NCBI GenBank assembly: GCA_963827235.1
Contig: CAWHAE010000012.1
Span: 64,001 to 128,000 of the forward strand
Direction: 5' to 3'
DNA length: 64,000 bases
DNA from: an uncultured bacterium
GTDB lineage: Bacteria; Chloroflexota; UBA5177; JANWHV01
Position 1 is the first letter of the stretch. Each line of letters starts with the position of its first letter. Shown piece after piece: positions 50,529 through 59,579 of this stretch. A model generated the notes under the pieces. It did not search any database. It was not told the DNA's origin and worked only from the letters and a program-made list of their open reading frames with translations. The position numbers and the translations under genes are program-made.

Positions 50529-51280
50529 TGAGCTTCACGCTTCAAGACCACGTCGCGCTTGTCACGGGTGCCTCGAGAGGACTCGGCGCCGCCATCGCGC
50601 GGGCGCTGGCGGAGGCAGGCGCGCCCGTGGTCGTGAACTACGTGGCGAACGCTCAGGGCGCCGACGCCGTGGTCTCCGGCATCGTCCGGGCCGGCGGGCG
50701 CGCACTGGCTATCAAGGCAGACGTCTCCGATGAGAAGGCCGTCAAAGTCATGTTTGCTCGGGCCGAGCAAGCCTATGGCCCGGTCGACGTCGTGGTGAAC
50801 AACGTTGGCCGCGAGGAAGCGATGGCGGCGCCGTTCGACCTCACGCACGGCGACTATCAACGCATGCTGGACCTGAACCTCCACGCCGTGGTGAACACCT
50901 GCCGCGCCGCTTTCCCGGCCATGGCGGCCCGGCATTGGGGCCGCGTGATCAACATCTCATCGATGGAGCTGCATCGTCCGGGTCCCGGGTTCTCGGCGTA
51001 CGCGGCCGGCAAGGGCGCGATGGTGGCTCTGTCGCGCAACCTGGCGCTCGAGCTTGGTCCCTCCGGTGTGACCGTTAACGTCGTGTCTCCCGGCTGGATC
51101 GTGGTCGAGCGGCATGCCGAGGTGCTGCCGGAAGCGATTGCACGCCTGGTGGCGGAGACGCCGCTGGGCTTCAAGGGCCGACCGGAGCACGTTGCCGGTG
51201 CCGTGCTGTTCTTCGCTTCGCCCCTGGCGGATTTCGTGACCGGCGCCGACCTGCCGGTGGCGGGCGGCCACGGACTCTGA
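50519..51280 (+). CDS. SDR family oxidoreductase (FabG-like)
   Basis: TGASRGLG, NNVG, Y...K, VTG..L.V.GG. Confidence 0.92.
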   Translation: MAMMSFTLQDHVALVTGASRGLGAAIARALAEAGAPVVVNYVANAQGADAVVSGIVRAGGRALAIKADVSDEKAVKVMFARAEQAYGPVDVVVNNVGREEAMAAPFDLTHGDYQRMLDLNLHAVVNTCRAAFPAMAARHWGRVINISSMELHRPGPGFSAYAAGKGAMVALSRNLALELGPSGVTVNVVSPGWIVVERHAEVLPEAIARLVAETPLGFKGRPEHVAGAVLFFASPLADFVTGADLPVAGGHGL

Positions 51281-51309
51281 CACGGCAGCAGCCTGACTCC
51301 GGCTTAGCC

Positions 51310-51428
51310 TGAGCAGCAGCACCACGATCACTTGGTTCTTCCCACGCGGCAGCTACACGCTGAGCATGAGCGTAACGGTCGGGAGTGGCGACAGCGCATG
51401 CGCAAGAGCGACGGTCACCGTCGTGTAG
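51310..51428 (+). pseudogene. PKD/Ig-like C-terminal shard
   Basis: Reads TITWFFPRGSYTLSMSVTVGSGDSACARATVTVV* with no start. Confidence 0.4.
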
Positions 51429-51482
51429 GTGCGGCGAGTCGGGGTCATTCCGGAGATCGATCCATCGGGACTGCCGGGTCGC

Positions 51483-51881
51483 TCAGCTCGCGAAGAGGCT
51501 GAGCACGGCCGAGTTGGCCTGGCTGGTCTGCTGAAGTGCGCCGAGACTGGCCTGAAGCTGTGTGGTCCGGTCGGCGGTCGACGTAACGCCCGAGGCGCTC
51601 GACGAAGCGTTCACCGCCGACATGAACTTGACCGCCGTGGAGAGTCCCTGCGCGGCGCTGCTTTGCTGGGCAGTCGAGGTAGCGGCATTCGCGGCGGATC
51701 CCGTCATGAGGCTTCTTGCCGCGCCGGAGATCGTGACGCGGGTTGCCGGACCGGTCGCCTGCTGCGTAGCGACGGACTGCTGGGACGCTGCTTGCGTCGT
51801 CTGCTGGGCGACGGAGGACGATTTCTCCAGGCTCTTGGATGTCCCGCCGGATAGGACGCTGTTGCTGTTCGATACGTTCAT
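51483..51881 (-). CDS. 132-aa Ser/Ala/Thr/Gln-rich protein with flagellin-like termini
   Basis: SKSLEKSSS near the N-terminus; C-terminus QLQASLGALQQTSQANSAVLSLFAS; GAGG RBS. Confidence 0.65.
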   Translation of the reverse strand: MNVSNSNSVLSGGTSKSLEKSSSVAQQTTQAASQQSVATQQATGPATRVTISGAARSLMTGSAANAATSTAQQSSAAQGLSTAVKFMSAVNASSSASGVTSTADRTTQLQASLGALQQTSQANSAVLSLFAS

Positions 51882-52140
51882 GCCCAGGTCCTCGTCTCGT
51901 CATCGCCGCCAGCTCCTCAGGAGGGCGGCAGATCTTCGCTGTGGCCGATCGGACAAATCATAGGTGCAGCCGTGTACGATGGGCAATGGTACCTTCGGAT
52001 AGCCCAACAGGGCGTGCGCTCCGCTGGTCCGGGCGGCGTCACCTGCTGATCGCCGCCCTTGAGCTACCGCACCATCGCCGAACCGGTCCTGCGTCCGCTG
52101 GGATACCCCCGGACGGCGACGCAGCGCCTGCCGGTCGCCT

Positions 52141-52205
52141 CTGTTAATCCCGGCTAACAGGAATAATAACCGACGTTGACGTATATCCGAGTGCCAGGAT
52201 AAGAT
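52141..52205 (+). promoter_or_regulatory. Palindromic operator CTGTTA-N8-TAACAG plus sigma70-type promoter TTGACG-N18-TAAGAT
   Basis: Seen directly, upstream of the iron permease. Confidence 0.55.
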
Positions 52206-52310
52206 ATCACTGCTGCCCGTGCGGTCCTTCGCGCTGGGCAGGCGCGACGAGAGCAGGGAGCGCGCCGCGGGCCTCGAGCGACTGGACAAAGAGGGGAGCT
52301 GTCTCACCGC

Positions 52311-53372
52311 ATGGCATCGCAAAGAGGCGAAACCCGCCGCGGCCGGCACGGGCGTTTGCTCTGGAGAACTCTGCTGGGCACGAGTGCTTTGCTCGTCGTC
52401 GCGGTACTGGTCTGGCAAGGGATAACTGCGTCGGGCGCTCCCGACCCCACGGCGCCGCACACCGGCACATGGATGGCCGTTCTGGACACCGCCGTGCTCG
52501 TCTTCCGCGAGGGTTTGGAATGCGTACTGGTACTGTCCGCGATCACGGCCGGGCTCATGGGAGCCACGCAATCCTATCGCCGGCCAATCGGCGCCGGCGC
52601 CGCGGCCGGCTTTGTCGCCACACTTCTCACCTGGTTTGTTGCTGCCGGCATCGTCGCCGACCTGAGCCGCGACGTGCCGGCGCTGGCAATCCAGGCCTGG
52701 ACCGGCATGCTGGCGATCGTGGTGCTGCTCGTGGTGATGAACTGGTTCTTCCATAAGGTCTATTGGACCGGCTGGATCTCCTTCCACAATCGTCGCAAAC
52801 GCTCTCTGCTGCAGGACGCGAGCCGCGGCGACTCGTCGCGGGCGCGCGTGCTGTGGGGTCTGGCGCTGCTCGGCTTTGCCTCGCTCTACCGCGAAGGCTT
52901 CGAAGTGGTGCTGTTCCTGCAGAGCTACCGCCTGCAAATGGGCGACCGTGTCGTCCTCTTTGGCGCGCTCCTCGGCCTGCTTCTCTCCGGAATCGTGGCC
53001 GTGCTGACCTTCCTGGGTCACCATCACCTGCCGTACAAGAAGATGCTGATCTTGACCGGCGTGCTCCTGGCCATGGTGCTTGTCGTGATGGTGGGCGAGG
53101 AGATCGCCGAGATGCAGCAGGCGGGCTGGATCGGTGCCACGGCGATACCCTGGCTGGGTTGGCTGCCGGCGTGGTCCGGAACCTGGCTCTCGCTCTTTCC
53201 CAACTGGCAGACGGTAGGCGCGCAGGCGGCGGCTATGCTCCTGGTCCTGGGCAGCTACTTCCTGGCCCGTTACCAGGCGGTGCTGCTGCCGCTGAGACGC
53301 GGCCTGCGGCCATTCCACCTTCGCGAGGCACCTCCGGTCGAGGACGCCGGCGGTACCGTCGCCAGCACCTAA
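52311..53372 (+). CDS. FTR1/EfeU-family iron permease
   Basis: Two REGxE motifs (FREGLE, YREGFE) and ~7-8 TM helices. Confidence 0.92.
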   Translation: MASQRGETRRGRHGRLLWRTLLGTSALLVVAVLVWQGITASGAPDPTAPHTGTWMAVLDTAVLVFREGLECVLVLSAITAGLMGATQSYRRPIGAGAAAGFVATLLTWFVAAGIVADLSRDVPALAIQAWTGMLAIVVLLVVMNWFFHKVYWTGWISFHNRRKRSLLQDASRGDSSRARVLWGLALLGFASLYREGFEVVLFLQSYRLQMGDRVVLFGALLGLLLSGIVAVLTFLGHHHLPYKKMLILTGVLLAMVLVVMVGEEIAEMQQAGWIGATAIPWLGWLPAWSGTWLSLFPNWQTVGAQAAAMLLVLGSYFLARYQAVLLPLRRGLRPFHLREAPPVEDAGGTVAST

Positions 53373-53592
53373 GCGGCGTGCCTGATATCCGATATCCCCA
53401 CCATCCTCGCAGCTGGAGGCTCATCGAGCTCGCCGTGCCGCGCAGTCAAGCGGGAAGCATCTCGAGCATTCGCCGACAGAGCCAGTATCCAGGTGTGCTC
53501 GCGCCTTGGTCGCCGGTGGCGCCCTCGCCGTGCAGGCGTCTATGCTGAGAGTAGCGCCGCCCTGAAAGCGCGCGGCGCGTACCGGGAGGCCG

Positions 53593-55425
53593 ATGCTCTT
53601 CCGGATCGGGCGCTCTGCCGGCATTGCCCATGCGGTCAGCGTGTGCGTGGAGGACTACCGGGGATATGATGCGAGGCACGCGGCTGCGCGCGCCGGCCCT
53701 GAGCCGAGCCTTGCCAGGCGTCGCGCCGGCGTCGCGCCGGCTGGGCCCGCCCTGTACGTGCTGCCCGCCGCCGTGGTCTACGCCCTGTTCGTGCTGTGGC
53801 CGCTGGCTCGCCTGGCATGGCTCTCGTTCGAGCGCTGGGATGGCTACGGAGCGGCGACGCCGGTGGGCCTCGCCAACTACCGGGGCCTGTTCGACGATCC
53901 GGGCTTCGGCCCCGAGCTGCAGCACAGCATCCTCTGGCTGGCGGTTACCCTCGTTTTTCCCGTCCTTGCCGGCCTCGGCCTGGCCCTTCTGACCGCCACC
54001 GCGCCCGCTCGCCTCGCCGCCGGCTGCCGCGCCCTGCTGCTCGTGCCGCTCCTGCTTCCCAGCGTGGTCATTGCCGTGATCTGGAAGCTGATCTACACGC
54101 CGCTGGACGGCTTCCTGAACGACCTTCTCCAGGCTACCGGACTGGGCATGCTGGCGCAGGACTGGCTCGGCGATCCCGGCCTGGCGCTCGACTCCTTGCT
54201 GGCGGCGTCGTGCTGGGCCTCCTTCGGCCTGAGCCTGCTGGTGTTCGGCGCCGCCATCGCCTCGCTGTCGCGCGAGACCCGGGAGGCGGCCGCGCTCGAC
54301 GGCGCCGGCGTCTGGTCGCGCTTTCGTCACCTCACGCTGCCCGAGCTGCGGCACGCGCTGCCTCTTGCCACCGTCGCCACAGCGCTCTGCGCGGTGCCGT
54401 CGTTCGACCTGGTTTCGCTGTTGACCAACGGCGGGCCCGGCTATGCCACGACGACACTCGATCTGGACATGGAGGGGCGGGCGTTCGGCCAGGGTCAGGT
54501 GGGAAGTGGCGCCGCACTGGCCTGCATCTCCGCCCTCTTCGGCCTGGCTCTCAGCCTGGCTGCTCTGGCGGTCGCTCGCGGCTACGAACAGTCCGGCCAG
54601 GACGGGGCCGCCACCTGGCTCGTCGAGCGGCGGGCGGGCGGTCGCGGCGCGTGGTTGGCGATCGCGGCCCTGGCGTTGGCCACCGTGCTGGTGCTCGTGC
54701 CCGTGTTATGGCTCGTGATCCGCGCCGGTCGCATGGATTGGGGCGAAACCGGCCCCTGGGCCAACGTGGTCACGGTGTGGTCCGGCGGATTCGGCACCGC
54801 TTTCCTGACCAGCACGCTGATCGGCTCCGCCACGGCCGTGGCTACCGTGGCCCTGGCCCTGCCCGCTGCTTTCGCGCTGCACCAGGCGCGCAGCCGTGCC
54901 GTGCAGGTCGCGGGCATTTCCCTGCTGGCGATCGGTCTCTTCCAGCCCGTACAGGTCCTGATCATCCCGCTGTTCTTCCTGTTGCAGGCCATGGGTCTGC
55001 TGAACTCGACCGTGGGCGTAGTCCTGCCCGAGATCGGGCGCGCCCTGCCGCTGGCCGCCTTGCTGCTGTGGGCGGCGCTCCGCGCCGTACCCAGATCCGT
55101 GCTGGAGGCCGCGACGGTGGATGGTGCCGCGCCGTGGCAGGTACTGTGGCGCGTAGCGGCGCCGCTGGCGGCGCCCATGCTCGCGGTCACGGCGGTGTGG
55201 GCGTTTCTGTCGAGCTGGAACGAGTACCTGCTGCCTACGGTCGTGCTGCAGGACGAGAGCCTGCAGACGGTGCCCATCGCGTTGGGGCACTTCATTGGGC
55301 GCATCGATACGCAGTACGCCCTGATCGCCACCGGCGCCCTGCTGGCGGCGGCACCGCTCCTGCTCATCTACGCCGTGGGTTACGGCGTGCTCAGCGCCGG
55401 GATACGTCGCCTGCGCGTTACATAG
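53593..55425 (+). CDS. Fused double sugar-ABC permease (MalF- and MalG-like domains); start uncertain
   Basis: Two EAA loops (EAAALDGA, EAATVDGA); WNEY.LP. Confidence 0.85.
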   Translation: MLFRIGRSAGIAHAVSVCVEDYRGYDARHAAARAGPEPSLARRRAGVAPAGPALYVLPAAVVYALFVLWPLARLAWLSFERWDGYGAATPVGLANYRGLFDDPGFGPELQHSILWLAVTLVFPVLAGLGLALLTATAPARLAAGCRALLLVPLLLPSVVIAVIWKLIYTPLDGFLNDLLQATGLGMLAQDWLGDPGLALDSLLAASCWASFGLSLLVFGAAIASLSRETREAAALDGAGVWSRFRHLTLPELRHALPLATVATALCAVPSFDLVSLLTNGGPGYATTTLDLDMEGRAFGQGQVGSGAALACISALFGLALSLAALAVARGYEQSGQDGAATWLVERRAGGRGAWLAIAALALATVLVLVPVLWLVIRAGRMDWGETGPWANVVTVWSGGFGTAFLTSTLIGSATAVATVALALPAAFALHQARSRAVQVAGISLLAIGLFQPVQVLIIPLFFLLQAMGLLNSTVGVVLPEIGRALPLAALLLWAALRAVPRSVLEAATVDGAAPWQVLWRVAAPLAAPMLAVTAVWAFLSSWNEYLLPTVVLQDESLQTVPIALGHFIGRIDTQYALIATGALLAAAPLLLIYAVGYGVLSAGIRRLRVT

Positions 55426-55432
55426 CAGCTCG

Positions 55433-56281
55433 TCAGCCGACGTTCGAAGGCTGCACGGGATTCATGCTGCCGCTGCGAAATCCGTCCAGATCGAGGGTGA
55501 CAAACCGGTAGCCCAGACCGTGGAGCTGTTCGGCCAGCCGCGCGCGCACGGCGGGAGCGATCAGGCGCGGCAGATCATCGGGCATCACCTCGAGCCGAGC
55601 AATCTCGCCGTGCGTTCGCACGCGTACCTGCTCGAAGCCCTGGAGCCGCAGGATGCGCTCTGCCGCCTCGATGCGCCTGAGCGTGTCGACGTCGATGGCG
55701 GTGCCGTGCGGAATGCGCGACGAGAGACAGGCCATGGCGGGCTTGTTCCACGTTCGCAGGTGCAGACGTCGCGACAGGGCGCGGACCTCCTGCTTGGTGA
55801 GCTTTGCTTCCTGCAGCGGCGCGCGCGCGTGCCACTCACGGGCCGCCTGCTGGCCGGGGCGATAGTCGCCCAGGTCGTCCTCGTTGGCTCCGTAGGCCAC
55901 CCACGCCAGGCCGAGCCCGGTCGCCAGGGGGGCGAGCGTGGTGAACAGCTCCTGCTTGCAGTGGTAACAGCGATCGGGCCCGTTGGCGCGGAAGCCCTCG
56001 CGCTGCATCTCATTCGTGTGCACCATGCGCAGGTCGATGCCGATCTCCTGAGCCAGCGCCAGCGCGTCCGCGACCTCTGCCTCTGGAATGGTCTCGGACA
56101 CGGCAATGGCACCGATCGCGCGGTCGCCCAGCACGTCGTGGGCCGCGCGCAGCAGCAGGGCGCTATCCGCTCCACCGCTGAAAGCCACCAGAACCGACCG
56201 CATGTCCTGCAGGATCGCCTGCAGGGTCTCGTACTTGCCATCCAGGACGCTCGTGTCGACGCTAAGTGAAATCAGACTCAT
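55433..56281 (-). CDS. larE: ATP-dependent sulfur transferase LarE
   Basis: FSGGADS PP-loop, RCYHCK, DYRPG, ACLSSRIPHG, GFRSGSMN. Confidence 0.93.
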   Translation of the reverse strand: MSLISLSVDTSVLDGKYETLQAILQDMRSVLVAFSGGADSALLLRAAHDVLGDRAIGAIAVSETIPEAEVADALALAQEIGIDLRMVHTNEMQREGFRANGPDRCYHCKQELFTTLAPLATGLGLAWVAYGANEDDLGDYRPGQQAAREWHARAPLQEAKLTKQEVRALSRRLHLRTWNKPAMACLSSRIPHGTAIDVDTLRRIEAAERILRLQGFEQVRVRTHGEIARLEVMPDDLPRLIAPAVRARLAEQLHGLGYRFVTLDLDGFRSGSMNPVQPSNVG

Positions 56282-57489
56282 GTCTCCGTATCCTCGCACT
56301 CGCATTCTGTGCCCAGCAGCGGAAAGGCTGCCGCCTGCGCGGCATTGGCTACCGCGCCGAGGCTGACCCCGGCCTGTCGCGCCAGTGCACGGCAGTCCTC
56401 GTATTCGGGCGCGGCCTGAGTGATCCGCCCGCCGGAGATGCGCAGCTTGACCGGCAAGCTGCCGTACGGCGTCTCGACCGTGGCGAAAGAGCGCCGGGCC
56501 GCCCGCCTGAACACCATGTGTTGCCGCACGCCCAGCGTCGTCGTTTCCAGCAGCAGAAGGTCGGTGAGCGGTACCGCGTCTGCTTCCCGGCACAATACGT
56601 TCAGCACGTGCCCCGGGCGTCCCTTCTTCATCAAAGCCGGCGCGCAGGTAACGTCGAGCGCGCCGCGGGCCAGCAGCAGCTCGAAGAGGTTGCCGTACCA
56701 CTGCGGATTCATGTCGTCGATGTTGCAGCCCAGCATGACCAGCCGCTCGTCCCGTCCGTCCCGGCTTCCAGCTGCCGGCGTGCCCACGGTCAGCCGCAGC
56801 ACGTTGGGCTCCGGCCGGGAGCGGCTGCCGGCGCCGTAGCCCACCACATGCGGGCGCATTGCCGGCCTCTCGAAGCGCGCCAGCGTCGTGAGGATCGCGG
56901 CACCCGTGGGGGTCAGCAGCTCGAGGGTGGACGGGTGCGGATAGGTCGGCGCCTGGGCACTTGCCAGGAGCTCGAGCGAGGCCGGCGCCGGCAGCGGCAA
57001 CACACCGTGCGCGCTGATCACGCTGCCGCCGCTGTTGAGCGGAAGAGGAGCGCTGTACAGAGTGTCCACACCCAGAAGGGCAAGGCCCGTTGCCACGCCG
57101 CATATGTCTACGATGGCATCCAGCGCTCCCACCTCGTGGAAATGCACCTCCTCGATCGGGATGCGATGCACCCGCGCCTCCGCTTGGGCCAGCCTGGTGA
57201 AAATCGCGCGTGCCTGGCAGGCTGCCGGGGGCGGCAGGCTGCCCGCGTCGATGCAACGCAGGATGCCGGCCAGCTGCCTGTGCGCCGGGTCGGGCTCTTC
57301 CGCGATCACCCGGACAAGGGCGGCGCCGATGGCACCGCGTTGCACGGGCTCCACCTCCAGGCGCCAGGCTGGCAAAGGCAGCGTATGCAGCGCCTCGGCA
57401 AGAGCCGGCAGGGACAGCCCGGCGTCGAGGAGGGCGCCCAGCAGCATGTCGCCGCTGGCGCCGCTGAATGGCTCGATGAAGGCGATCAC
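56278..57489 (-). CDS. larC: Nickel insertion protein LarC
   Basis: SGASGDMLLGALLDAG, VHFHEVGALD, TPTGAAI, MKKGRPG, PEYEDC. Confidence 0.93.
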   Translation of the reverse strand: MIAFIEPFSGASGDMLLGALLDAGLSLPALAEALHTLPLPAWRLEVEPVQRGAIGAALVRVIAEEPDPAHRQLAGILRCIDAGSLPPPAACQARAIFTRLAQAEARVHRIPIEEVHFHEVGALDAIVDICGVATGLALLGVDTLYSAPLPLNSGGSVISAHGVLPLPAPASLELLASAQAPTYPHPSTLELLTPTGAAILTTLARFERPAMRPHVVGYGAGSRSRPEPNVLRLTVGTPAAGSRDGRDERLVMLGCNIDDMNPQWYGNLFELLLARGALDVTCAPALMKKGRPGHVLNVLCREADAVPLTDLLLLETTTLGVRQHMVFRRAARRSFATVETPYGSLPVKLRISGGRITQAAPEYEDCRALARQAGVSLGAVANAAQAAAFPLLGTECECEDTET

Positions 57490-58247
57490 CAGGCCGGCGC
57501 TCCCATCGCGTTGATCAATGCCGCCATGCGGCCGGCGCCGAAGCCGTTGTCGATGTTCACCACTGCGACACCCGGCGCGCACGAGTTCAGCATGGCCAGC
57601 AGCGCCGCCACGCCGCCGAAGCTGGCGCCGTAGCCGGCGGAGGTCGGCACGGCGATCACGGGCGCGCGCACCAGGCCTGCCACCACGCTGGGCAGCGCAC
57701 CCTCCATGCCCGCCACGACGACGAGCACTCTGGCTTTCTGCAGCCCGGGCAGCACGTCCAGCAGGCGATGAAGGCCGGCCACGCCCACGTCGAACAGGCG
57801 CTCGACCGATTGCCCGAGCATCTCTGCCGTCACGGCCGCCTCCTCCGCCACCGGCACGTCCACCGTGCCCGCCGTGAGCAGCATGATACCGGGCTTGCCC
57901 GGCGGCTCGTCCGGCGGGCGCACGGTAATCGTGCGGGCCACGGGGTGAAACACGGCCGCCGGCAGGGCCAGACAGGCGGCCTCCGCCTGTTCCGCGGTAG
58001 CGCGGGTAGCAAGCACGTGGCTGTGACTCTCGGCCAGCCGGCCCATGATCGTGGCCACCTGCTTCGGCGTCTTGCCCGGGCAGTAGACGACTTCCGGCAT
58101 GCCGGTACGCACCTGGCGATGGATATCAAGTCGTACGTCGCCGTGATCTTCGAACGGTAGCAGCCGCAGCAGCTCCACCGCCTCGTCTTCGCTGAGCGCG
58201 CCGGCCCTCACCTCGCCCAGCAGGGCGCGCAGGCGTTCCTCATCCAT
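57486..58247 (-). CDS. larB: NPN cofactor biosynthesis protein LarB
   Basis: PEVV..PGKT, DVGVAGLHR, AGMEGALPSV, VPTS.GYG, VVNIDNGFGA. Confidence 0.94.
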   Translation of the reverse strand: MDEERLRALLGEVRAGALSEDEAVELLRLLPFEDHGDVRLDIHRQVRTGMPEVVYCPGKTPKQVATIMGRLAESHSHVLATRATAEQAEAACLALPAAVFHPVARTITVRPPDEPPGKPGIMLLTAGTVDVPVAEEAAVTAEMLGQSVERLFDVGVAGLHRLLDVLPGLQKARVLVVVAGMEGALPSVVAGLVRAPVIAVPTSAGYGASFGGVAALLAMLNSCAPGVAVVNIDNGFGAGRMAALINAMGAPAW

Positions 58248-58380
58248 GCTGCCCCGGGCCGTTCTCCGCAGTGGTCGTCATGGTCTCTAGGGTAGCACAT
58301 GGGCCGGTGCGTGCCCGCAGCCCCTCCGGACCGGCGGCGTACCTGAGCTCCGGTCCTGTTGGCGAATGGGCGAGCCGGCG

Positions 58381-59397
58381 TCACCCCGCCTGCCTTAGTC
58401 CGGCATCAGTCTTGCGACCTGGGCGGAGCCGGAGCGCGATGGCTATGAGGAGGATGCAGAGCCCGCCGCCGGCGCCGGCCAGCAGACCGCTCACGGGGAG
58501 TGCGGAAGAGGGCGACGAGCTCGAGCGGGCGACCGGCGCGCTGGCGGAGCGCGCGCTGCGCTGAGACGAGGACAATCCGGCCTGCCGCGCTACGGCCGGT
58601 GCTCGGGCACCGCTGCCGAGCTGCGACGAGCGCGCAAACGACGACGAGAGGTCCGCCGGGGTGCTCGACGCGCCCGGCGTCGCGGCGCCTCCGGTGCCCA
58701 TCATCCTCGGCACCGAGACGGCCAGGTTCTGGATTACCGACTGCCAGGAGACGGTCGCCAGCGTGGCTCCTCCTGCCTCGAGGACCGTCGCGGCGGCAGG
58801 CGTCACGCCGTCCGTGGCGCGGAGGTCGCCGGTCACGCTGAGGGAGTTGCCGACGGCGAAACTGCCGAGCATGGTGAGCGCGGGCTCCCCGGCCGGCGCA
58901 CCCGTACGCGCCAGCGAGAGGGCGAGATGGACCGTGTTGTCGAAGAACGCTTCGGCGAGCACGCTACCCCAGAAGGCAATCCGGCCGTCGCCGCCCACCA
59001 GTGCCGCCTTTCCCTGGAAGAAGCCCGCCAGCGAGGTAGCCACCTGATCGGGGTGCAAGAGGTCGGGTAGCTCCGGGGCCGTGCGCGGCAGGAAGTTCTC
59101 GAGGTACATGGAGAGCACGAGCTTGAGATCCCGGTAGCCGGCCGGTCCGGCGACGCGAACCGTGGCCGAGATCACCGCGCGGTCCAGCGGATCGCCGTCC
59201 GGCTCGAAACCGACCTGGTCGAAGACGACGAATTTGCCCTGCAGGTGCGCCTGGAGCGCCGGAGCTGCCTTGCCGGCGAAGGCACTTCCCGATTGCAGCA
59301 GCATGACAAGGCAGACGCACGCCCACGTGGCGAGCCGCTGGGCTCGCCCCTGGGCGCGCATCCGCTCGAGCGTGGTGAGCATAGGGGGTTTAGCCAC
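58381..59397 (-). CDS. Secreted surface protein with LPxTG-like sorting signal (LPVSG, TM helix, basic tail)
   Basis: Signal peptide, Ser/Ala-rich linker, LPVSG-LLAGAGGGLCILLIAIAL-RLRPGRK. Confidence 0.7.
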   Translation of the reverse strand: MAKPPMLTTLERMRAQGRAQRLATWACVCLVMLLQSGSAFAGKAAPALQAHLQGKFVVFDQVGFEPDGDPLDRAVISATVRVAGPAGYRDLKLVLSMYLENFLPRTAPELPDLLHPDQVATSLAGFFQGKAALVGGDGRIAFWGSVLAEAFFDNTVHLALSLARTGAPAGEPALTMLGSFAVGNSLSVTGDLRATDGVTPAAATVLEAGGATLATVSWQSVIQNLAVSVPRMMGTGGAATPGASSTPADLSSSFARSSQLGSGARAPAVARQAGLSSSQRSARSASAPVARSSSSPSSALPVSGLLAGAGGGLCILLIAIALRLRPGRKTDAGLRQAG

Positions 59398-59454
59398 GTC
59401 TTCTCGCTAGACAGGCGGCCTGCCGCCATCCACGTGCATCGTACCAGCCGCGCA

Positions 59455-59570
59455 TTAAGCCCACGTTAAGCACATCGTTAGCGCAGCCCCGAATGTCCAA
59501 TACGAAGCTCTGCCTTGTGTGGACGTGCTGATTTAACGCGCCCTTCAACTCTTCTTAAAGCACGCTTAAC
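59455..59570. promoter_or_regulatory. Two sets of 11-bp-period TTAA direct repeats (Pho-box-like)
   Basis: TTAA/TTCA at 59533, 59544, 59555, 59566; TTAA at 59455, 59466. Confidence 0.65.
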
Positions 59571-59579
59571 ACTATCGTG

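Noticed and set aside
51930-51985. sigma28 promoter for the flagellin-like ORF
   Set aside because: Only TCCGATCG as a weak -10 and no correctly spaced TAAA.
52205-52310. NiCo or yybP-ykoY riboswitch
   Set aside because: Only short motif similarity (CUGGGCAGGC, AGGGGAG); P4/UGGGACAG and CGUCAAUAC elements are absent.
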